A stretch of 64,000 nucleotides of DNA. It comes from an uncultured Fibrobacteria bacterium. Lineage in GTDB: Bacteria; Fibrobacterota; Fibrobacteria; UBA11236. The stretch is from NCBI GenBank assembly GCA_963716395.1, contig OY970309.1, forward strand, positions 1,216,001-1,280,000. The letters run 5' to 3'. The notes under the pieces were generated by a model, which ran no database searches, was not told the origin of the DNA, and saw only the letters and a program-made list of their open reading frames with translations. Below, one piece after another: positions 58,608 through 64,000 of the stretch. The translations under genes and the position numbers were made by a program. The number at the start of each line of letters is the position of its first letter. Positions within the stretch are counted from its first letter, which is position 1.

Positions 58608-59191
58608 AAATAAGAAATATCCACCAACCTAAGACCCACGCGCGTATAAATCGTGTCTTTTAATACGTTGTGAAATTCAATAAACTTTCCACAGTGTTAT
58701 TGAAAACTTCGTCTGTTTTTAATTTGAAAATTTATAAACCCCGAATTTCAGGCAATTTTACCGCGGTTTCTATCGTTACATTTTTATTCCCCATTATATT
58801 ATCAACATTTATTGGGTACCCCACCAAAACCCAACCCTTAAACGTTTATCCACCGAGTTATTTTCAATAACCCAATTAATACACTAGAATCACCTCTTCT
58901 TTTTTTACACAATGGGGGTTCAGATGGAAATCCCCCATGGTGATCTTTTCCATGGGTTTTTTATTGAAAACCTTTAAGTTTTTCATTCTCTAATCAGAGT
59001 TAGACTATAATTATAACTATTATTAAAACAAAACACTTACATCATCATTTTTGTACTTTTCAAATCTTCCAACACCCCTTTTACTGATACTACATCTATT
59101 TATAAATAAGAGCCTTATAGAAACCCGGTCTATTGGTTCTAATTTTCCCCCTTTTAGAATCGATGACATATCGCTACTTTGAAAATCGGCC
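58608..59191. other. AT-rich non-coding region with a cluster of DnaA-box-like motifs (candidate oriC)
   Basis: TTATCAACA 58799, TTATCCACC 58846, TTTTACACA 58903, CTTTCCACA 58685 and three TTTTCAATA copies; TA-rich tract at about 59005-59030. Confidence 0.4.
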
Positions 59192-59659
59192 ATGAATTTC
59201 AAATTGATAGAAAAGACCTTGTGGAATTGGTCAACTGCTGTTCTTGTTTTTTCGTTGCTCATGCTTTTTGGGTGTGCGCATACCTTGCCTCCACCTCCCT
59301 ATCAAGGGAATCGGCAGGATTGCGCGGACCTTGATAACGGTTTATCGGGGATAGCCGCCGATTCGACTTACGGGTATATCCAGACCAATCCTGTGCGCAT
59401 CGGTGGCGGAAGCACCGACAATGAGCTGACCTACATGCATATGTTGTTGGGTCCGAATAAAGAGTTAATCGGCGAGATTTTCAAAGTGGGAAGTTATTGG
59501 GCCGCGGGCTCGACACTCAGCGGATATAAAGTTGTGATCAACGGGGATACTTTGCCAAAAACCATCTACCTCGATACCCGCCATTGCCATGATCCGCAAG
59601 CACCAATCGGATTCAATATCAAAGAGGAATTTAAAGAAGTAAAAACGAAAACAAAATAA
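59192..59659 (+). CDS. Hypothetical lipoprotein
   Basis: Lipobox LFGC; motif YGY..TNPVRIGG...LLGPN...IYLD...PQAPIGF. Confidence 0.7.
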   Translation: MNFKLIEKTLWNWSTAVLVFSLLMLFGCAHTLPPPPYQGNRQDCADLDNGLSGIAADSTYGYIQTNPVRIGGGSTDNELTYMHMLLGPNKELIGEIFKVGSYWAAGSTLSGYKVVINGDTLPKTIYLDTRHCHDPQAPIGFNIKEEFKEVKTKTK

Positions 59660-59701
59660 TCGGGTTCCAAAAATAAAGGCGAAACCCGTATCCAGCACGT
59701 T

Positions 59702-62107
59702 TCAAGGAATCAGTACGGGTTGAATTCGAGTTCGACCGCATTGCGCCAGAATCAATCCATTAAATCCAAGCGGAGGCGTCCACCGAATGATTCCATTTTC
59801 ATTTGCCGTGGAAACGCCGAGATATTTTCCCTTCAACGTGAACCAATGAATCGTGGAAAGCTTCGGGACCTGCAGTTGCAAGCTCCCATTGCGCCAAAAG
59901 GGTATTCCAAATTGCGAGGCCATCGACGGAGTTATCCTCAAGGAAGGTGGATTGCCGACCGGCGCCGAATAGGGAGCCGGGGAAGTGTACATGGCCGACA
60001 AATTTCCTCCCAGCCGGAAATCATCAACGGTGACCGAGCCCGAGGTAATAGTGGGATTTTTATCGAATTGAACATGCCATCGAAAGGACGATCCTAAGGC
60101 CGGATTCGCCGTTCCGGAACGGGTGCTCAAGCGGCCCTTAAAATTGGAAAGTTGGTGTTGGTACACTTTCCAACTCGTGCCTATCGTGTCGAAAACCCCG
60201 AAATAATTGTTATCGGTGATATCAGATTGCACCAGATAAAAGTCAATCACCGTCGGTTGCGCCGCGCGCGCGCGATAATAAACTTTGTTTGCAAACGACA
60301 TTCCGGCCCAGCCGTCGCGCTGCCATTCCAATCCGCAATATTGGTAGCCTCCGGTTCCCAAATTAAAACTCCAGGTTAGGGCGCGATCGGCCCCGGTCCC
60401 CGAAGGCGCCAAAGGTCCAACCATCGCCGTTCCTTCGGCGCTGGAATTGTTGAACGAATCCCACAACCCCAGGTTGGGTTGCAAGGTGGGACCGGAAAAG
60501 TCATCGATCAGGATCCAACTGCTATCGACGCGCAAATCCTTCTGGTGCGCCAACCACACCCATTGGTTTTGATCGAGTAACCCGGGAACCGCGACATTGA
60601 TCAGGCACCAACCTTGCGGAAACGGCGTGCCCGTGGCGTCCATTCCATTCCAGGTGGCGGCGACCGTGGCCGTATGCGCCGAGGTCGACCATTGCGTTCC
60701 CGAGGGCGATTGGGTGATACGTAACGTCCATGTTGCCGGTTTGTTCAACAGGCCTTGCACTTGCAGCGGTGCGACCTGAAAATCCAAAGTCTGGTCACTC
60801 ACCGTGGGAGGCGAAGTCCACGCCACAGGCACGCCGGGCAACGGGTCCGCGAGGTCATCCCAGATATTGGAAAACCTTCCCGCCATAACTGCCGCTCCGA
60901 ACCAACCGAGAAACTGTTCGAAATATTCCTCGTTGGGAGCGGATCCGCTGCGATCGGAAATGCCCGTATCGGCCGGAAGACCCCAACGATCCGACGTGGG
61001 GGGCGCATAATTCAGCAAGGAGTCGACCCACGGTTGGGAAGCGGTCGGTCCCAGGCTGGAAAAGGCGGCACAAGCCCACATGCCCACGGTGAGTTCGCTG
61101 GCTTCACGGCGGGAACGCCAGGCGCCGTCGCCCAGGTGAAACGTGTCGCTGGCGGGCAAAGCGACCCCGTCCATAGTGTAAAAGTTGGCTCGCCCGGGAG
61201 ATTGGATAAAGGCGGCGGCCGAATCCAACCAGCGTTTGGCGCGCGTATCACCGAACCAGAGCCAATCCAGAGCCAGGCGCCATTGCACACGGATGCCGTC
61301 TTTATACATCGATTGCCCGTTGCGATAGGCGTTATACCCGAGGGAACCATTGTAAAACGTGCCATCGGGAACCATCCAATCGGGAAGCAATCCCTTGCCC
61401 GCCCCCGGGCTGGCGAACAGGGTTTGGTAGCATTGATCCACCACGCCGTTCCAGTCATGCGCCGGATCCGCCTGGGCGAATATTTTATACGTAGCCGGCG
61501 AGAAGTATCCCGGGTTCACGAAATCGCTTCCACCCCATCCCCCGCCCGGCGCCAAATACCTCCCCGAAACCACGGCGGTATTCCAAATGTTGGCGATAAT
61601 AGCGTGGGCGCGCTGAAGGTAAGTCGCGCCTTTGGGACTGGTATGCGTTTGCCACATCCCCTTCGACACCAGCGAATCGGCAAACAGCAGCATCAACGCA
61701 ATATCTTGATCCGCGTCGGTGGCCATTCCCGTTCCGATAACCCCACCCGATGGTCCGACACGCCAATCGTATTCCTGCCCGCCGTCGTTCCACATGTTGG
61801 TTTCGGCCGCGTCCCACACCCGGTTGAAGGAGGCCTGATCCCCGGAATACAAGAAGACGATCATTCCATAGGCCTGAGCCTCGGAAACCGCATCTCCGGG
61901 CTCTTCGGAGTTGGGCCGATGCACCAAACCGTCGGAATAGGGATCGACGTTCACACGCAGGATACCCTGGGCCGTACGGGCCAAGGCCGAATCCAGCCGC
62001 ACGTCATCAACGCGGGGAAGCCCGGAAACCGTGGGACCGAAAGCGTATAGCCGACACGCTGCAAGCAGCACGCAGGTGGTAAGGCGCGCCGAAGCGAAGG
62101 GCCGCAT
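59702..62107 (-). CDS. Secreted glycoside hydrolase family 8 with a C-terminal CBM11/CIA30-like domain
   Basis: Motifs VSEAQAYGM, ATDADQDIA, NPGYFSPA, GLLPDW and DGIRV.WR; jelly-roll segment LIDDF...VDDFRL. Confidence 0.85.
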   Translation of the reverse strand: MRPFASARLTTCVLLAACRLYAFGPTVSGLPRVDDVRLDSALARTAQGILRVNVDPYSDGLVHRPNSEEPGDAVSEAQAYGMIVFLYSGDQASFNRVWDAAETNMWNDGGQEYDWRVGPSGGVIGTGMATDADQDIALMLLFADSLVSKGMWQTHTSPKGATYLQRAHAIIANIWNTAVVSGRYLAPGGGWGGSDFVNPGYFSPATYKIFAQADPAHDWNGVVDQCYQTLFASPGAGKGLLPDWMVPDGTFYNGSLGYNAYRNGQSMYKDGIRVQWRLALDWLWFGDTRAKRWLDSAAAFIQSPGRANFYTMDGVALPASDTFHLGDGAWRSRREASELTVGMWACAAFSSLGPTASQPWVDSLLNYAPPTSDRWGLPADTGISDRSGSAPNEEYFEQFLGWFGAAVMAGRFSNIWDDLADPLPGVPVAWTSPPTVSDQTLDFQVAPLQVQGLLNKPATWTLRITQSPSGTQWSTSAHTATVAATWNGMDATGTPFPQGWCLINVAVPGLLDQNQWVWLAHQKDLRVDSSWILIDDFSGPTLQPNLGLWDSFNNSSAEGTAMVGPLAPSGTGADRALTWSFNLGTGGYQYCGLEWQRDGWAGMSFANKVYYRARAAQPTVIDFYLVQSDITDNNYFGVFDTIGTSWKVYQHQLSNFKGRLSTRSGTANPALGSSFRWHVQFDKNPTITSGSVTVDDFRLGGNLSAMYTSPAPYSAPVGNPPSLRITPSMASQFGIPFWRNGSLQLQVPKLSTIHWFTLKGKYLGVSTANENGIIRWTPPLGFNGLILAQCGRTRIQPVLIP

Positions 62108-62367
62108 GTCCGTTTTAGTAGTTATTTACCATGCGGGGTTTGAGCCGCGCCGATCGGGAAAATCAGACCCGCGGCGGCCCAGAGTCGGAGACGGATAGGT
62201 AAGCCTTTTTCCTATCGCGCCATGGCCCTTGGCCTTCCCGAGTTCAACTTTGGCTCGGCGACAGTCGATGTCATTCCGGGACTTCATCTATTTCCGGTAT
62301 TTCGAGTGATGGGCAACAGCCCCCGCATCATGGCCAGATCTGGCCCATGGCATAAAATCAGGGTGAA

Positions 62368-62456
62368 TTAAGGGTACCTGTAAAAATGAGTTTCGTAAGT
62401 CCGCCGAAGGCGGAGAACCGGATCGAGTAGAAAGGCGTTATTAGAGTTACCCTTAA
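62368..62456. repeat. Longer copy of the short inverted-repeat element family (see 28540)
   Basis: TTAAGGGTACCTGTAAAAATG ... CGTTATTAGAGTTACCCTTAA (21-bp IR, 4 mismatches) with internal GTCCGCCGAAGGCGGAGAA. Confidence 0.78.
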
Positions 62457-62571
62457 GGCCTTTATCCGGAAAGATTTTAAAGATCGGAATCAAAAATCAA
62501 ATAGAATAACATCGAATGAAGATTGTGAATATCTTAAACGCAGCATGAATATCGAAGTGGAGCGAATCAAT

Positions 62572-63927
62572 ATGCGGACAAAGATCGGCGTCGTTCTATT
62601 TCTGTTTGGAGTATTGAAGGCGGCAGCGGCGATTCCCACCGATGTGACCTTCACGGATTATTTCGGCGGGCAGGTGACCTTTGTCCGGCCGCTATACTTC
62701 TCCGAAGTTCCCGGCAAAGACAGCAATTACGCCGTGCTGGAACAGCAGGGGATGGTGGATGTCGTATACCGGAGAAATGGAATCTGGGTGAAGGATACCC
62801 TGCTCAAAATCAATACGGCCTATTCGGCTGCAAATAATACGCTGGGATTGTTGGGCCTGGCGTTTGATCCGAACTTCACGACCAATCGGAAGTATTACCT
62901 GTTCTACAGCGTTTCCTCGGACACGAACATTCTGGTGGAAAGGCAAGTCGATACTTCACTGATGAAAGATGCCGGCACAGCTCCCGTTCGCTTGCTCAGC
63001 ATATCCGGCAGGGCCGCCACCAATAATAATGGCGGCAACATCGCTTTTGGTCCGAAGGATGGGTACTTGTACATCGGCGTTGGCGATGGCGGCTCTTTGA
63101 ATGGCGATGCGGTAAAAGTGGCGCAAAATAAGAGCAGTTTTCAGGGCAAATTTTTGCGCATCGACGTGAATTCCCAGGCCGGGGGAAAGCCGTATGCCAT
63201 TCCGCCGGATAATCCCTTTGTCGGCAATTCCGCCTACAGCCCGGAAATCTGGGCGCTGGGAGTACGCAGCCCGTGGCGGTGGAGTTTCGACGCGCTGAAC
63301 GATAATCTTTGGGTCGGGGAAGTGGGAAACAGTACCTGGGAAGAAGTCGATACGGTGATCAAAGGCGCCAATCTGGGGTGGAGCTATATGGAAGGGTTTG
63401 TCTGCCAGCCCGGCTTAACTTGCGCCTCTTCGGACACGGCAGGCGACGAACGCCCCATCTTCGCGTATGGTCATGCGAACGGTGACGATGCCATCATCGG
63501 GGGATATGTCTATCGCGGCAATTCGGCATCCCCGTTTTACGGCGTGTACTTTTACGGAGATAACGGCAGCGGGCATGTAAGAGCCTTGCGCGTGGTAAAC
63601 GGAGTGAAGCAGGATTCCGCAGTCATGCCCGGAACCATTCCGGGATTAAGCTCATTCGGCGAAGATGCGCAGGGCAATTTGTACGCCACCAGCGTCACCA
63701 CGAATCTGGTTTATCGATTCAATAGCCAGGATATGATTCCGGTTTCCGTCCGTGGACCGGCGCCGAAACGGGAGACCACGAAAATACTTTCGGGACAACA
63801 AGGATTTTCCGACCTGGAATTATACGACCTGCGAGGCGAACGAATTCAGGGGAAGCATATCGGCACCGGCCTCTATGTGGCCCCGGGAGCGGAAAGGAAT
63901 CCCTTCCTGGTGCCGGTGCTGCGGTGA
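62572..63927 (+). CDS. PQQ-dependent sugar dehydrogenase family (GSDH) beta-propeller, secreted
   Basis: Motifs GLLGLAFDPNF, NGGNIAFGP.DGYLYIGVGDGG, IPPDNPF, EIWALGVRSPWRWSFD and SSFGED. Confidence 0.9.
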   Translation: MRTKIGVVLFLFGVLKAAAAIPTDVTFTDYFGGQVTFVRPLYFSEVPGKDSNYAVLEQQGMVDVVYRRNGIWVKDTLLKINTAYSAANNTLGLLGLAFDPNFTTNRKYYLFYSVSSDTNILVERQVDTSLMKDAGTAPVRLLSISGRAATNNNGGNIAFGPKDGYLYIGVGDGGSLNGDAVKVAQNKSSFQGKFLRIDVNSQAGGKPYAIPPDNPFVGNSAYSPEIWALGVRSPWRWSFDALNDNLWVGEVGNSTWEEVDTVIKGANLGWSYMEGFVCQPGLTCASSDTAGDERPIFAYGHANGDDAIIGGYVYRGNSASPFYGVYFYGDNGSGHVRALRVVNGVKQDSAVMPGTIPGLSSFGEDAQGNLYATSVTTNLVYRFNSQDMIPVSVRGPAPKRETTKILSGQQGFSDLELYDLRGERIQGKHIGTGLYVAPGAERNPFLVPVLR

Positions 63928-63936
63928 CTTAAAACT

Positions 63937-64000
63937 TCAGGCTTGTTTAAGAATCAATTCCAACAAGCCGGCGATGGTAAAGCCTTCGGCTTCGGCTTGA
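63937..64000 (-). CDS. 3' end of a gene entering from beyond the window, possibly D-Ala-D-Ala ligase-like
   Basis: Reads QAEAEGFTIAGLLELILKQA*; only 20 residues are visible. Confidence 0.3.
   Translation of the reverse strand, partial: QAEAEGFTIAGLLELILKQA

Noticed and set aside
19214-61817. Many long antisense or alternate-frame ORFs (for example 19214-20638, 32089-33525, 43437-44837 and 49182-50516)
   Set aside because: These are expected shadows of real genes in high-GC DNA, with no independent motifs.

Overview
GC-rich bacterial chromosomal window made up mostly of housekeeping genes. PorV-like genes and secreted proteins with short T9SS-like C-terminal tails suggest an FCB-group organism, probably Fibrobacterota; this is inferred. 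Recognisable genes include rnhA, a queuosine-precursor transporter, rlmN, ogt, trpEGD and trpC (separated by about 4.7 kb of unrelated genes), rapA, leuA with a leader-peptide attenuator, dapB, rpsF-rpsR-rplI, tRNA-Leu(TAA), gmhB, rsgA, ABC-F, yajQ, lolA, suhB, yggS, msrAB, lon, gcvP, asd, ppnP, a HEPN/MNT pair, a GH8 and a GSDH. There is no CRISPR array, prophage or complete transposase. The unusual content is mostly non-coding. (1) A 15-bp palindrome, TCCGCC-nnA-GGCGGA, occurs four times: at the core of two different larger palindromic element types, and once exactly in frame inside a protein (SASGG). (2) There is a 165-bp TA-flanked MITE, a three-copy short inverted-repeat family and a 180-bp nested palindrome. 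(3) About ten genes carry a leaderless-mRNA signature (TAnnnT 6-7 nt before the start codon). (4) An intact HEPN toxin sits beside a frameshifted MNT antitoxin. (5) An AT-rich gap rich in DnaA-box-like motifs may be oriC. All calls were made by eye, without database searches.
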